Origin: Corallococcus exiguus
Lineage (GTDB): Bacteria; Myxococcota; Myxococcia; Myxococcales; Myxococcaceae
DNA: 64,000 nt
Reading direction: 5' to 3'
NCBI RefSeq assembly: GCF_009909105.1
Contig: NZ_JAAAPK010000002.1
Span: forward strand, 413,827-477,826
Shown here one piece after another: positions 1 to 9,494 of this stretch. Each line of letters opens with the position of its first letter. Within the stretch, counting starts at the first letter, position 1. The position numbers were made by a program, and so were the translations under genes. Below the pieces are notes generated by a model that worked only from the letters and a program-made list of their open reading frames with translations, did not search any database and was not told the origin of the DNA.

Positions 1-675
1 CACGTACTGGAGGATGGAGTCGTCACACGCGACGCGCGCGGCGCGGTCCTGCAGCTCCGTCAGCGTGGCGGCGTCCAGCACTCGGGACACGGCGGGTGGC
101 CGGCCCTCGCGCTGGTGGAAGGCGCGCAGGAGCGAGGTTTCGGCGTCGCCATCCGGATAGCCCACGCGCACGCGCATGAGGAAACGGTCCAGCTGCGCCT
201 CGGGGAGGGGATAGGTGCCCTCCAGCTCCAGCGGGTTCTGCGTGGCGACGACGAAGAAGTGCGGCGGCAGCGCGTGCGTCACGCCGTCGATGGTGACCTG
301 CCGCTCCTCCATGGCTTCGAGGAGCGCCGCCTGCGTCTTGGGCGGCGTGCGGTTGATTTCATCCGCGACCAGGACCTCCGTGAAGACGGGTCCCTTCATC
401 AGGCGGAAGGTCTGCTCCTGCGGCTGGAAGACGTTGGTGCCCAGGATGTCCGCGGGCATCAGGTCCGGGGTGAACTGCACGCGGGAGAAGGACAGGCCCA
501 GCGCCCCCGCCATGCTGCGCGCGGTGAGCGTCTTGGCGACCCCGGGCACGCCCTCCAGCAGCACGTGGCCGCGCGCGAGGAAGGCCGTCACCAGGTCGGC
601 CAGCACGCGGGGCTGGCCCACGACGGCCGAGCCCAGCGCGTCGAGGAGGCGGGAGAGGGGCGTGGCGTCGGACAT
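1..675 (-). CDS. MoxR-family AAA+ ATPase; the N-terminal portion is in the window and the C-terminus lies beyond the window start
   Basis: The reverse complement of 673-675 is ATG, and translation reads MSDATPLSRLLDALGSAVVGQPRVLADLVTAFLARGHVLLEGVPGVAKTLTARSMA...LMPADILGT...VLVADEINRTPPKTQAALLEAMEERQ. These are Walker A/B and MoxR signature motifs. The ORF track misses it because the frame runs off the window edge. Confidence 0.8.
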   Translation of the reverse strand, partial: MSDATPLSRLLDALGSAVVGQPRVLADLVTAFLARGHVLLEGVPGVAKTLTARSMAGALGLSFSRVQFTPDLMPADILGTNVFQPQEQTFRLMKGPVFTEVLVADEINRTPPKTQAALLEAMEERQVTIDGVTHALPPHFFVVATQNPLELEGTYPLPEAQLDRFLMRVRVGYPDGDAETSLLRAFHQREGRPPAVSRVLDAATLTELQDRAARVACDDSILQYV

Positions 676-731
676 GGTGGCGGGCGACGGTAGCCCGCCT
701 CCTGTCCGGCGCGGCAGCGAAATCCTCGGGC

Positions 732-1679
732 CTACTCCTGGCGCTTCAGGCCCATCAGGGTGCCCAGCACCGCGATGACGCCGCCGAGGATGCCCAGGAA
801 ACAGCCGATGCTCGGCGACGAGTTCATCATCTCCGCGTTGCCCATGGGCGACGGCACGAGGGTGGTGTCCGAGGAGAGCTTCAGGAACACCAGCGACCAG
901 ACGAGGGTCACCACGCTGCAGACCATCTGCGCGCCCCACGGCAGCATGGGGTTCACCCACGTCATCACCTCACGCGCCCGCAGGCCCACGAAGACCATGG
1001 TCGCGACGGCGAAGATGAAGGAGATGAACCCCAGGCTGATGAGGCCCAGGAAGTCGCCGCCCTCCGCCGTCTCCTTCCACGGAATGAAGCAGGAGAGCAC
1101 CACCAGCGCCGCGCCCCAGAACGCGATGCGGTCGCCGCCTTGCAGCTCGCCCAGGAACGAGCGCGCGTCGTCCAGCAGCACCTCCGGATCATCGATGGGC
1201 GAGCGAGAGGACTCCAGCTCACGGGCCTCGCGGGACCAGGGATCCGCCACCGCGTCGCCGGCGTCGTCCTCATCCTCCTCGACGGGAGCGGGCGCCGGGG
1301 CGCGGCGGGCCGACGCACGGGCGGGAGCGGCCTTGGCGGCGCCACCGCCCCGGGCGGGAGGAGCGGCACGTTGGGCCTTCTCCCGGGCGATGTCGTCCAT
1401 GCTCCGCACGTTGGTGGCGTCGTCGCTCGGTGGCGGCGCGGCGGGGCGTGCGCCCGTCCTGGCGCGGGCCGGGGCAGGGCGTGCGCGAGGCTCCGGAGCG
1501 GCGCGGGCCGGAGGGGGCCGCGAGCGCGGCGGCGGCCGGACTCCGGTGCTCTCGTCATCGCCGCCAGAGTCCCCCTCATCCCCGGCTCCCCCGAGGAAGG
1601 ACTCGTCGATGATGTGGTCGCAGTGGGGGCAGATGGCGGTGTCTTCCGCGACCTTGCGATTACAGCCTGGGCAGTTCAG
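732..1679 (-). CDS. Zinc-ribbon protein (CxxC-x10-CxxC) with a Pro/Ala/Asp-rich disordered linker and a C-terminal multi-TM domain. The start is uncertain: the first ATG is at 1409, and the in-frame zinc ribbon has only a CTG at 1677-1679.
   Basis: The track ORF 732..1409 ends in hydrophobic TM segments. The same frame stays open upstream to a TGA at 1740-1742 and encodes LNCPGCNRKVAEDTAICPHCDHII. GC3 is high throughout, and a GGAG lies 8 nt upstream of the CTG. Confidence 0.5.
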   Translation of the reverse strand: MNCPGCNRKVAEDTAICPHCDHIIDESFLGGAGDEGDSGGDDESTGVRPPPRSRPPPARAAPEPRARPAPARARTGARPAAPPPSDDATNVRSMDDIAREKAQRAAPPARGGGAAKAAPARASARRAPAPAPVEEDEDDAGDAVADPWSREARELESSRSPIDDPEVLLDDARSFLGELQGGDRIAFWGAALVVLSCFIPWKETAEGGDFLGLISLGFISFIFAVATMVFVGLRAREVMTWVNPMLPWGAQMVCSVVTLVWSLVFLKLSSDTTLVPSPMGNAEMMNSSPSIGCFLGILGGVIAVLGTLMGLKRQE

Positions 1680-1802
1680 GGCCGGTGCTCCGGGAGGGGG
1701 GAAACGGCCCGATATCTTCCCGGCCCCAGCGCGCGGCTGTCAAACCCGTTCAGCGCCATAACCCCTGGATTTTCGCGGGGAATTGACCTAGCCCGTTCGA
1801 GC

Positions 1803-3899
1803 ATGGCCCGCCTGCCCGCCGCCGTGTCCGCCGGTTTCCTCCTCGTGAGCGCCTGTGTCCGGTCGGTGCCGACGCCCGACGTGTCTCCGCCCCCGGTCGA
1901 GCCCTCGAAGGCCATCGCGCAGATCCAGGACTGGGAGGACCGCCGCTCCCTGGGAGGCGGGGACCTGGTGCGGTTCGCCACCTCCGCGCCGGATTGGGCC
2001 GTGCGCGTGCGCGCCCTCCGGGCCCTGGCGCGGATCCAGGACGTGGAGACGCTGGAGGCCGTCCTCGTCGGGCTGACGGCGCGGCGCACTGCCGTGCGCG
2101 ACGAGGCCGCCTTCGCGGCGGGGGAGCTGGCGCAGTCGTGGGAGCCGCTTCCGGAGGCCGCACGGACGGCGCTCACGGAAGCGCTGGTGCGCGCCGAGGC
2201 CTCGGAAGCCTACGCCCGGGTGCACGACACGCTGCTGGAGTCCCTGGGCAAGCTGGCCACGCCTGGCGCCGTGGAGGTGCTGACGGCCCGGCTGTCTCCG
2301 GCCAATGGCCCCTGGTCCGAGGCCGCGGCGACGGCGTTGGGCGTGGCCGCGCGCAAGGCCGGACCCGCGGCCGTGGCGAACGTCCCCCTGGAGACGATCC
2401 GCGCGCTGCTGGATCCCCGCTTGCGGAGCGAAGTGAACGTCGCCGGGGCGTACCTTCTGGCTGCGTCGAAGCGGCTGGACGGCGTGGATGCGCTCCGCTC
2501 CTGCGTGGCCAATTCGATACCGGATGTGATGGCCCCGTGCGTGAAGAGCCTGGGCGACCTGGGCAGCCCGCGGGACGCGCTGGCGCTGAACCTGATGTTG
2601 GGCGAAGCCACGTCCCGCGCGTCGGCGGAGGTGGCGCGTGCGCTGGCGAAGCTCGCCGCGAAGTGCGAGGCCGGCTCACCCTGTGCCCCGCTGAGCGCAC
2701 TGGAAGGCCAGTCGCACCTGGCGAAGCAGGTGGCGGAGGGGAAGGCGGCGAAAGGCCACGTGTTGCTGGCGGTGGCGCAGCAGGGACTTCCGCTCCAGGG
2801 CCGGCCGGTGTTGTCGCGCATGAGGAGTGCGCTGGCGGAAGCAGACCGCACCGCCGTGTCCGACGAAGCCCACACGGACCTCGCCTGGCTGGACTGCCGG
2901 TTCGCGGCGGCGATGGACCGACAGCTGGGCACTCTGGAGCAGGTCCTCCAGTGCGGCTACGGCCGCGTCCCCGAAGCCCGATGGCTCGCGCTGGGACTGC
3001 ACGAGGTGGCGCAGTTCAAGGGGCAGCCCACCGGCGCTGCGTTCGCGGTGCCCTACCTGGACCACGTGAGCCCCATCGTGCGCGGCGCCGCGCTGGACGC
3101 ACTCGCTGAACGCCCCGTGCCCGAAGCGCTGGCGCCCATTCGCGCGCTCATCGGAGGAGGGGACGCGGTGGTGGCGGGACTGGCCGCGTCCGCCGCCGGC
3201 AAGCTGAAGGACGCCGAAGCCCTGCCCGCGCTGGAGGCCCTGGCCGACCGCATCCCCAAGGAGCCGGACCTGGCGGAGGCGGTGGCCGGTGCGCTCGTCG
3301 TGTTGAAGGGCCGCGCGGCGGAACCCCGCCTGCGCGAATGGCTGACCCATCCACACGCCAACGTGCGCCGGATCGCGGCCGAGTCCCTCACCACGCTCAC
3401 GGGAGCGCCGGTTCGCTCTTCCCGCGTGGAGCTGCCTCCGGAGACGTACCGTCCGCCGGCAGCGCCCTCCGGCACGACGCTCACGCTGCGCACGCGCAAG
3501 GGCGACATCACCGCCCTGTTGGATCCGGATGCGCCGCTCACGGGCGGCAACCTGATGGCGCTCGCGAAGCAGGGCTACTTCCGGGGCATCACCTTCCACC
3601 GTGTGGTGCCGGACTTCGTCGCGCAGGGCGGAGATCCGCGCGGAGACGGGGAGGGTGGGCCTGGCTATTCCATCCGCTGCGAGATGACGCGCCGCCCGTA
3701 TGCGCGAGGCACCGTGGGGATGGCGCTGTCGGGCAAGGACACTGGCGGCAGCCAGTTCTTCTTCACCCACTCACCGCAGCCGCACCTGGACGGCCGCTAC
3801 ACGGCCTTTGGTGAAGTGATTCAAGGCATGGACGTGGTGGACGCGCTGCTGGAGGGCACGATCATCGACGATGTCATCGTCGGCACCCGCGCCCCCTGA
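1803..3899 (+). CDS. Lipoprotein with HEAT/armadillo-like repeats and a C-terminal cyclophilin-type peptidyl-prolyl cis-trans isomerase domain
   Basis: The true start is ATG 1803 (MARLPAAVSAGFLLVSAC, a lipobox); the 1140-1802 part of the track ORF is an upstream extension. The C-terminus reads FHRVVPDFVAQGGDP...GTVGMALSGKDTGGSQFFFT...FGEVIQGMDVVDAL, which is a cyclophilin fold signature. Confidence 0.75.
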   Translation: MARLPAAVSAGFLLVSACVRSVPTPDVSPPPVEPSKAIAQIQDWEDRRSLGGGDLVRFATSAPDWAVRVRALRALARIQDVETLEAVLVGLTARRTAVRDEAAFAAGELAQSWEPLPEAARTALTEALVRAEASEAYARVHDTLLESLGKLATPGAVEVLTARLSPANGPWSEAAATALGVAARKAGPAAVANVPLETIRALLDPRLRSEVNVAGAYLLAASKRLDGVDALRSCVANSIPDVMAPCVKSLGDLGSPRDALALNLMLGEATSRASAEVARALAKLAAKCEAGSPCAPLSALEGQSHLAKQVAEGKAAKGHVLLAVAQQGLPLQGRPVLSRMRSALAEADRTAVSDEAHTDLAWLDCRFAAAMDRQLGTLEQVLQCGYGRVPEARWLALGLHEVAQFKGQPTGAAFAVPYLDHVSPIVRGAALDALAERPVPEALAPIRALIGGGDAVVAGLAASAAGKLKDAEALPALEALADRIPKEPDLAEAVAGALVVLKGRAAEPRLREWLTHPHANVRRIAAESLTTLTGAPVRSSRVELPPETYRPPAAPSGTTLTLRTRKGDITALLDPDAPLTGGNLMALAKQGYFRGITFHRVVPDFVAQGGDPRGDGEGGPGYSIRCEMTRRPYARGTVGMALSGKDTGGSQFFFTHSPQPHLDGRYTAFGEVIQGMDVVDALLEGTIIDDVIVGTRAP

Positions 3900-3916
3900 A
3901 GCAGGACCCTCGCGCG

Positions 3917-5038
3917 TCAGGCCCCGGCGGCGCGCGCGGGCACCGGCTCGCCCTGGGCGTTGAGGTTCGCGCCCGTCCAGCGGTGGCTCTCCGCTTCCTC
4001 CATCGTCTCCACCTCACGGCGGATGCGGGCCCACTCCGTCTCCGGCAGGCCGAGGAACGCCTCCGCGAGCATCGGGTCGAACTGCGTGCCCGCGCAGCGG
4101 CGGACCTCGTCGCGCGCCACGCTCATGGGCCGCCCCTTGCGATAGGGCCGGTCGGAGGTGATGGCATCCAGCGTGTCCACGAGGCAGAAGATGCGCGCCC
4201 CGATGACGATCTCCTCGCCCTGGAGCCCCAGCGGGTAGCCCTTGCCGTCCCAGCGCTCCTGGTGCTGCAGGACGATGAGCGCCGCCTCGTGCAGGTAGGG
4301 CATCTTCGCCAGCATCCGGTAGCCGAACTCCGGGTGCAGCTTCATCTCCACCCATTCCTCCGGCGTGAGCGGCCCGGGCTTGAGCAGGATGGAGTCCCGC
4401 ACGCCAATCTTCCCGATGTCGTGCAGGAGCGCGCCCTGCTCCACCACGTCCAGCGCCGGTCCGGTGAGGCCGATCTCCTGCGCCAGCCGCCGCGCGTACA
4501 GCGACACGCGCCGCGAGTGCCACTGCGTCTCCGTGTCGCGGTAGTCCAGCGCGCTGATGAGCCCGTCCAGAAGCCCCGTGGTGCGCTCGATGACCCGGCG
4601 CTCCAGTCCCTCGTTGATGGCCAGGAGCTCCGCGTTCTTCTCCGCGACCTCGCGTGTCAGCCGCTCGTTGGTGGCCACCAGCCGGTGGTGCTCGAAGGCC
4701 TGCCGGATGCTGCTGGTCAGGTCGCTCAGCGACCACGGCTTGCCCAGGAGCCGGAAGACCTCGCCCCGGTTCACCGCCTCCGACGCCGTCTTGAAGTCCG
4801 CCGCCGCCGTCAGCATCAGCCGCACCGCGCGAGGGTTCTTCTCCCGGAGCGCTGACAACAGCTCGATGCCGTTGAGGTACGGCATCATGAAGTCCGTGAG
4901 GACGACGTCGAATCCCTGCTCCCGCGCCGCCACCACCGGGTCGCTGTGTGTCACGACCTCGTAACCCTCCGCCTGGAGGATCCGGGACAGCGCGGCGAGG
5001 ATGAGCACGTCGTCGTCCACCACGAGGATTCGGGCCAT
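3917..5038 (-). CDS. Response regulator with receiver domain plus HD-GYP domain; predicted c-di-GMP phosphodiesterase
   Basis: N-terminus MARILVVDDDVLILAAL...DVVLTDFMMPYLNG (receiver). C-terminal domain carries HD...HHERWDGKGYP (HD and GYP motifs). Confidence 0.85.
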   Translation of the reverse strand: MARILVVDDDVLILAALSRILQAEGYEVVTHSDPVVAAREQGFDVVLTDFMMPYLNGIELLSALREKNPRAVRLMLTAAADFKTASEAVNRGEVFRLLGKPWSLSDLTSSIRQAFEHHRLVATNERLTREVAEKNAELLAINEGLERRVIERTTGLLDGLISALDYRDTETQWHSRRVSLYARRLAQEIGLTGPALDVVEQGALLHDIGKIGVRDSILLKPGPLTPEEWVEMKLHPEFGYRMLAKMPYLHEAALIVLQHQERWDGKGYPLGLQGEEIVIGARIFCLVDTLDAITSDRPYRKGRPMSVARDEVRRCAGTQFDPMLAEAFLGLPETEWARIRREVETMEEAESHRWTGANLNAQGEPVPARAAGA

Positions 5039-5284
5039 GGGCTGATACGCTCCGAGCGAGTGGGCTGCGGTTTTCTCAGACTCTTATAGCCGGTCCACAG
5101 ACAGCCAGACAGGCCCCCCCAAGCTTTCCAGTACCGCCAAACTACCGGAATTCTTGAGGTTTCCCTGAAACAGGCGGTCGCTGGATTCCACGTCCTGCTT
5201 GCCTGCCCGTCGAGCCGTGTTCTATGGTGGCCGCCTACCCAACGTAAATGGCTGTAACCCCTTGGAATTCGGGAGCAATCTCCG

Positions 5285-6286
5285 ATGGCTAGAGCCCCTG
5301 ATGGGCCGGTGCCGGTGGTGGTGATGGGGCTGGGGTTTATCGGGCAGGAGATTGCCAGGGCAGCCCTGTCGTCCACCGAAGTGGAGTTGATGGGCGCGGT
5401 GGACTCGCAGCCCTCCCTGGTGGGTCGTCCCCTGGGCGACGTGCTGGGGCTGGCCGGACCGCGCTTCAAGGTCGCGGACTCGCTGGAGCGCGCCGTGGGG
5501 CGCCGCAAGGGCGTGGTGGTGCTGCACGCCACCAGCTCGCGGCTCTCCCAGGTGATGGATCAGCTGCTGGACGCGCTGAAGCTGGGCCTGCCGGTGGCCA
5601 GCACCTGCGAGGAGCTGGCGTTCCCGCACCTCAAGTACCCGGAGCTGGCGGAGAAGCTGGAGCGCGCCGCGGAGAAGGCGGGCGTCGCCATCGTGGGCAC
5701 GGGCGTGAACCCGGGCTTCGTCCTGGACCGCCTGGTGGCCACCGCCGGTCAGGTGTGCGGCCCCGTGCGCAAGGTGCTGGCCAGCCGCGTGGTGGACGCG
5801 CGCACGCGCCGTGAGGCCCTGCAGCGCAAGGTGGGCGCGGGCCTGACGGAGGAGGAGTTCTTCGACCTGGTGGACCGCGAGGAGCTGGGCCACGTGGGGC
5901 TGGTGGAGTCCGCGGCGCTGGCGGCGGTGGGGCTGGGGCTGGACTGTGACGACTTCGAGGAGGAGGTCGCGCCCGTGTTCGCCGAGGAGGACATCACCGG
6001 CGGTGCATTTGTCGTGAAGAAAGGCCGCGTCGCGGGCATGTTCCAGTCCGTGGTGGGTTTGGAGGAGGGGCAGGAGCGGGTCCGCCTGGAGCTGACCATC
6101 GCGGTAGGGGCGGACAACCCACGGGATCGCATCGAGATCGACGCGGACCCCAGGCTGGTGCTTGAGATACCGGGGGGAGTGGCGGGCGACCGGGCCACCG
6201 CGAACGCGCTGGTGAATGCCGCGCCACGTTTGACGGCCGCGGAGGCCGGGCTCCTGACGGTGCTCGAGCTTCCGTCAGGTCGCTGA
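5285..6286 (+). CDS. DapB-family, Rossmann-type NAD(P)-binding oxidoreductase; dihydrodipicolinate-reductase-like or amine-dehydrogenase-like
   Basis: VVVMGLGFIGQEIARAAL dinucleotide-binding motif, and the overall length and layout resemble DapB-like proteins. Substrate assignment is not possible from the sequence. Confidence 0.5.
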   Translation: MARAPDGPVPVVVMGLGFIGQEIARAALSSTEVELMGAVDSQPSLVGRPLGDVLGLAGPRFKVADSLERAVGRRKGVVVLHATSSRLSQVMDQLLDALKLGLPVASTCEELAFPHLKYPELAEKLERAAEKAGVAIVGTGVNPGFVLDRLVATAGQVCGPVRKVLASRVVDARTRREALQRKVGAGLTEEEFFDLVDREELGHVGLVESAALAAVGLGLDCDDFEEEVAPVFAEEDITGGAFVVKKGRVAGMFQSVVGLEEGQERVRLELTIAVGADNPRDRIEIDADPRLVLEIPGGVAGDRATANALVNAAPRLTAAEAGLLTVLELPSGR

Positions 6287-6306
6287 AGGTTCATCAGGAG
6301 AGGGAA

Positions 6307-6756
6307 ATGCTGGACAAGAACGCGATTGGCCGCGCCTCGCCGCCGACGCTCAACGAGGTGGAGAAGGGCGCCATCCGGCGCTTCGCCGAGGCAATCGGCG
6401 ACTACAATCCCATCTACTACGATGAGGAGTACGCCCGGGCCTCGGGCTACCCCACCATCGTCGCGCCGCCCACGTTCCCCGCGTCGTTCCATTCCGCCGC
6501 GGACCTCCGGGAGCTGTTGGGGGTGGGCATCAAGAGCCTGCTGCACGCCGAACAGGGCTTCGACTACGAGCGGCCCATCTTCGCGGGGGACCGCATCTAC
6601 GTGTCCACCCGCGTGTCGGACGTCTTCGAGCGGCCGGGCATGTCCGGCAAGATGGACATCGCGGTCATCGAGGACGAAGGCCGGGACGAAGAGGGCAACC
6701 TCGTCTTCCGCGCCCGCCGGACCCTCGTGGTGCGTGCCGCCAAGGAGAACGCCTGA
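6307..6756 (+). CDS. MaoC-like hot-dog dehydratase subunit, N-terminal FAS1-like type
   Basis: AIRRFAEAIGDYNPIYYDEEYA motif. It is immediately followed by, and coupled to, a second MaoC gene. Confidence 0.7.
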   Translation: MLDKNAIGRASPPTLNEVEKGAIRRFAEAIGDYNPIYYDEEYARASGYPTIVAPPTFPASFHSAADLRELLGVGIKSLLHAEQGFDYERPIFAGDRIYVSTRVSDVFERPGMSGKMDIAVIEDEGRDEEGNLVFRARRTLVVRAAKENA

Positions 6757-7451
6757 TGCCCGCGCGCAAGCTCTACTTCGAATCCATCCGCGTCGGTGAC
6801 GAGCTGCCGGCGTTGGCCAAGGCCCCGGTGGACCGCGTCCAGCTGTCGCGCTACGCGGGCGCCTCCGGCGACTACAACCCCGTGCACGTGGACGAGCTCT
6901 ACGCCAAGAGCGTGGGCATGCCGTCCGTCTACGCCCCCGGCATGCTCGTCATGGGCATGTTGGGCCAGCTCATCAGCGACTGGGCCCGGGGCGGCCAGCT
7001 GCGGCGCTACAACGTCCGCTTCATCAAGATGGTGTGGCCGGGCGACACCGTGGTCTGCAAGGGCCGCGTGAGCGACCGCCACGGCTCCGGCGGCCGGTAC
7101 TTCGTCGAAATCGACCTCTGGGCGGAGAACCAGAAGGGCGAGCTCGTCATGAAGGGCGGCTCGCAGATCCAGCTCTTCTATTCCCTGGAGGACGAGAACC
7201 GGCAGCGCTCCGGCCAGTCCCCCATCGTGGTGGAAGTGCCCCGCGAGAGCCTGGTCGTCCCGGCCCCCGCCACCCCGGAGGCCGCCACCAGCGCCCCGGC
7301 GCCCGCCGCCCCGGAACGCGACCGGGACGAGGACGACGACGAGGAGACGGACGAGCCCCGCAACGGCGCCTCGTCCAAGAAGACCGCGCCCCGGGAGAAG
7401 CCCGCCGCCAAGACGGCGTCCCTCCCGGCCGCGAAGAAGGCCAAGAAGTAG
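6756..7451 (+). CDS. MaoC-like (R)-specific enoyl-CoA hydratase subunit with a charged Asp/Lys-rich C-terminal tail
   Basis: YAGASGDYNPVHVDELYAKSVGMP motif. The stop of the upstream gene overlaps this start (ATGA at 6753-6758). Confidence 0.75.
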   Translation: MPARKLYFESIRVGDELPALAKAPVDRVQLSRYAGASGDYNPVHVDELYAKSVGMPSVYAPGMLVMGMLGQLISDWARGGQLRRYNVRFIKMVWPGDTVVCKGRVSDRHGSGGRYFVEIDLWAENQKGELVMKGGSQIQLFYSLEDENRQRSGQSPIVVEVPRESLVVPAPATPEAATSAPAPAAPERDRDEDDDEETDEPRNGASSKKTAPREKPAAKTASLPAAKKAKK

Positions 7452-7649
7452 GCTTTCCAGGGGCGTTCCAAGGCGAATTCCCGCGTTCCAGAAGGGCGGC
7501 TTCGACCGCTCGTCAACGCGGGGTGTCATCTTGGGTTGACTCAAAAATCAGTCGACGCCACACTTCCTGCGTCACATGGGCCGCTGACCCTTACTTTTTC
7601 CCGCCCTGCGGGAAGCAGGCAGGCAGCGAGCCCCTACGCAGGAGTGGCC

Positions 7650-9494
7650 ATGTCCGCCGGCATCAACACCTACAAGACCGACCTTCGAGAGATCTTCTTC
7701 ACGCTGTTCGAGCAGTTCGGCTTCGGCCAGGTGGCGGGCACGGCCCCCTATGACGCCTGGGGCCCGGACGAGGCGAAGGCGGTCCTCACGGAGACGTACC
7801 GCTTCGCGCGCGAGGTGCTGGGGCCCCTCAACTCGGTGGGTGACCGTGAGGGCTGCCGGTTGGAGAACGGCTCGGTCTTCACGCCCAAGGGCTTCAAGGA
7901 CGCGTGGAACAAGCTCTACGAGCAGGGCTTCAAGACGGTGGCGGTGAGCCCCGACCACGGCGGCCAGGGCGCGCCGATGATGCTCCAGGTGACGGTGGAG
8001 GAGATCCTCTCCGGCGCCAACACCGCGTTCAACATGTACCCGGGCCTGGCCTTCGGCGCGGCGGAAGTTGTCGCGGAGTGCGGCACGCCCGAGCAGCAGA
8101 AGCAGTTCGTGGAGCGCATGCTCAACGGCACCTGGGGCGGCACCATGTGCCTCACGGAGCCGCACGCCGGCTCCGACGTGGGCGCGGCCAAGTCCACCGC
8201 GAAGCGCAACGGGGACGGCACCTACAGCATCAAGGGCACGAAGATCTTCATCTCCGGCGGCGACCATGACATGGCCGGGAACATCATCCACCTGGTGCTC
8301 GCGCGCATCGACGGCGCGCCGGCCGGCACCAAGGGCCTGTCGCTGTTCATCGTCCCCAAGCTGCGCATCAACGCGGACGGTTCCTCCGGCCAGGCCAACG
8401 ACGTCACCGTGGGGTCCATCGAGCACAAGATGGGCATCAACGGCTCCGCCACCTGTGTCCTCAACTTCGGTGAGAACGACGGCTGTCTGGGCGAGCTCGT
8501 GGGCACGGTCGAGCACGTGGGCATGAGCCAGATGTTCAAGATGATGAACGGCGCGCGCATCGCCGTGGGCATCCAGGGCGTGAGCCTGGCGTCGGCCGCG
8601 TACTACAACGCGCTGGACTACGCGAAGGACCGCAAGCAGGGCTCCCACTTCACCAAGTGGAAGGACCCGTCCGCGCCGCGCGCCTCCATCATCGAGCACC
8701 CGGACGTCCGCCGCATGCTGCTGGACATCAAGGCGCACGTGGAAGGCATCCGCGCGCTGGTCATCAAGCTGGCCATGCACCTGGACAAGGCGAAGCAGCT
8801 GGCGGGCAAGGACGACGACGCGGCCACCTACCACAAGGGCCAGGTGGAGGTGCTGACGCCGCTGGTGAAGTCCTACGGCTCCGACCAGGCCTTCCGCCTC
8901 TGCGCGCAGGCCATCCAGGTGTACGGCGGCGCCGGCTACATCCAGGACTATCCGGTGGAGCAGTACACGCGCGACTCGAAGATCTTCTCCGTCTACGAGG
9001 GCACCAACCACATCCAGGCCATGGACCTGGTGGGCCGCAAGATGGGCCAGGCGGGCGGCGCGCACTTCCAGCAGTTCATGGGCGATGTCGGCAGCTTCGT
9101 TGAAGCGCACCGCGAGCACCCGGTACTGGGTGAGGCCGTGAAGACGCTGGCCGGCGCGCAGGAAGGCCTGATGTCCAGCGCGATGGCGCTGTTCGGCTGG
9201 TCGCAGGACGCGGGCCGCTTCCCGCTCATCCCCCTGTCCGCCAACCGCTTCCTCAACATGATGTCGGAGGTCGCCGTGGGCTGGCTGCTGCTGGACGCGG
9301 CCGTCATCGCGGAGAAGGCCGCCGCCAACGTGGCCGCCGACCACCCGGACAAGGCGTTCTACGAGGGCAAGAAGTTCAGCGCCCTGTGGTACGCGCGCAA
9401 CGTGCTGCCCAACGTGGAGTACGCCGCGCGCCTCATCGCCACCGAGGACACGTCCCCGATGGACATCACCGACGCGGCGTTCGGCGGCGTCTGA
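7650..9494 (+). CDS. Large acyl-CoA dehydrogenase (FadE-type, about 614 aa)
   Basis: Start taken at ATG 7650 (MSAGINTYK) with AGGAG 7 nt upstream; the track start at 7536 is an extension. Contains TEPHAGSDVGA and ...YEGTNHIQAMDLVGRK acyl-CoA dehydrogenase motifs. Confidence 0.85.
   Translation: MSAGINTYKTDLREIFFTLFEQFGFGQVAGTAPYDAWGPDEAKAVLTETYRFAREVLGPLNSVGDREGCRLENGSVFTPKGFKDAWNKLYEQGFKTVAVSPDHGGQGAPMMLQVTVEEILSGANTAFNMYPGLAFGAAEVVAECGTPEQQKQFVERMLNGTWGGTMCLTEPHAGSDVGAAKSTAKRNGDGTYSIKGTKIFISGGDHDMAGNIIHLVLARIDGAPAGTKGLSLFIVPKLRINADGSSGQANDVTVGSIEHKMGINGSATCVLNFGENDGCLGELVGTVEHVGMSQMFKMMNGARIAVGIQGVSLASAAYYNALDYAKDRKQGSHFTKWKDPSAPRASIIEHPDVRRMLLDIKAHVEGIRALVIKLAMHLDKAKQLAGKDDDAATYHKGQVEVLTPLVKSYGSDQAFRLCAQAIQVYGGAGYIQDYPVEQYTRDSKIFSVYEGTNHIQAMDLVGRKMGQAGGAHFQQFMGDVGSFVEAHREHPVLGEAVKTLAGAQEGLMSSAMALFGWSQDAGRFPLIPLSANRFLNMMSEVAVGWLLLDAAVIAEKAAANVAADHPDKAFYEGKKFSALWYARNVLPNVEYAARLIATEDTSPMDITDAAFGGV

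Noticed and set aside
115-778. Plus-strand ORFs 115..693 and 215..778
   Set aside because: They are antisense to the MoxR ATPase gene, which has clear Walker and MoxR motifs on the minus strand. The translations are Arg/Gly-rich nonsense, typical of high-GC off-frame ORFs.
1140-1802. Upstream extension of the HEAT/cyclophilin ORF (the track start at 1140)
   Set aside because: It overlaps the minus-strand zinc-ribbon gene. The lipoprotein signal begins at ATG 1803.
5039-5284. Relatively AT-rich intergenic region between the HD-GYP regulator and the DapB-like gene, considered as a possible small RNA or mobile-element remnant
   Set aside because: No inverted or direct repeats and no conserved structure are evident. 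It is most simply a divergent promoter region.
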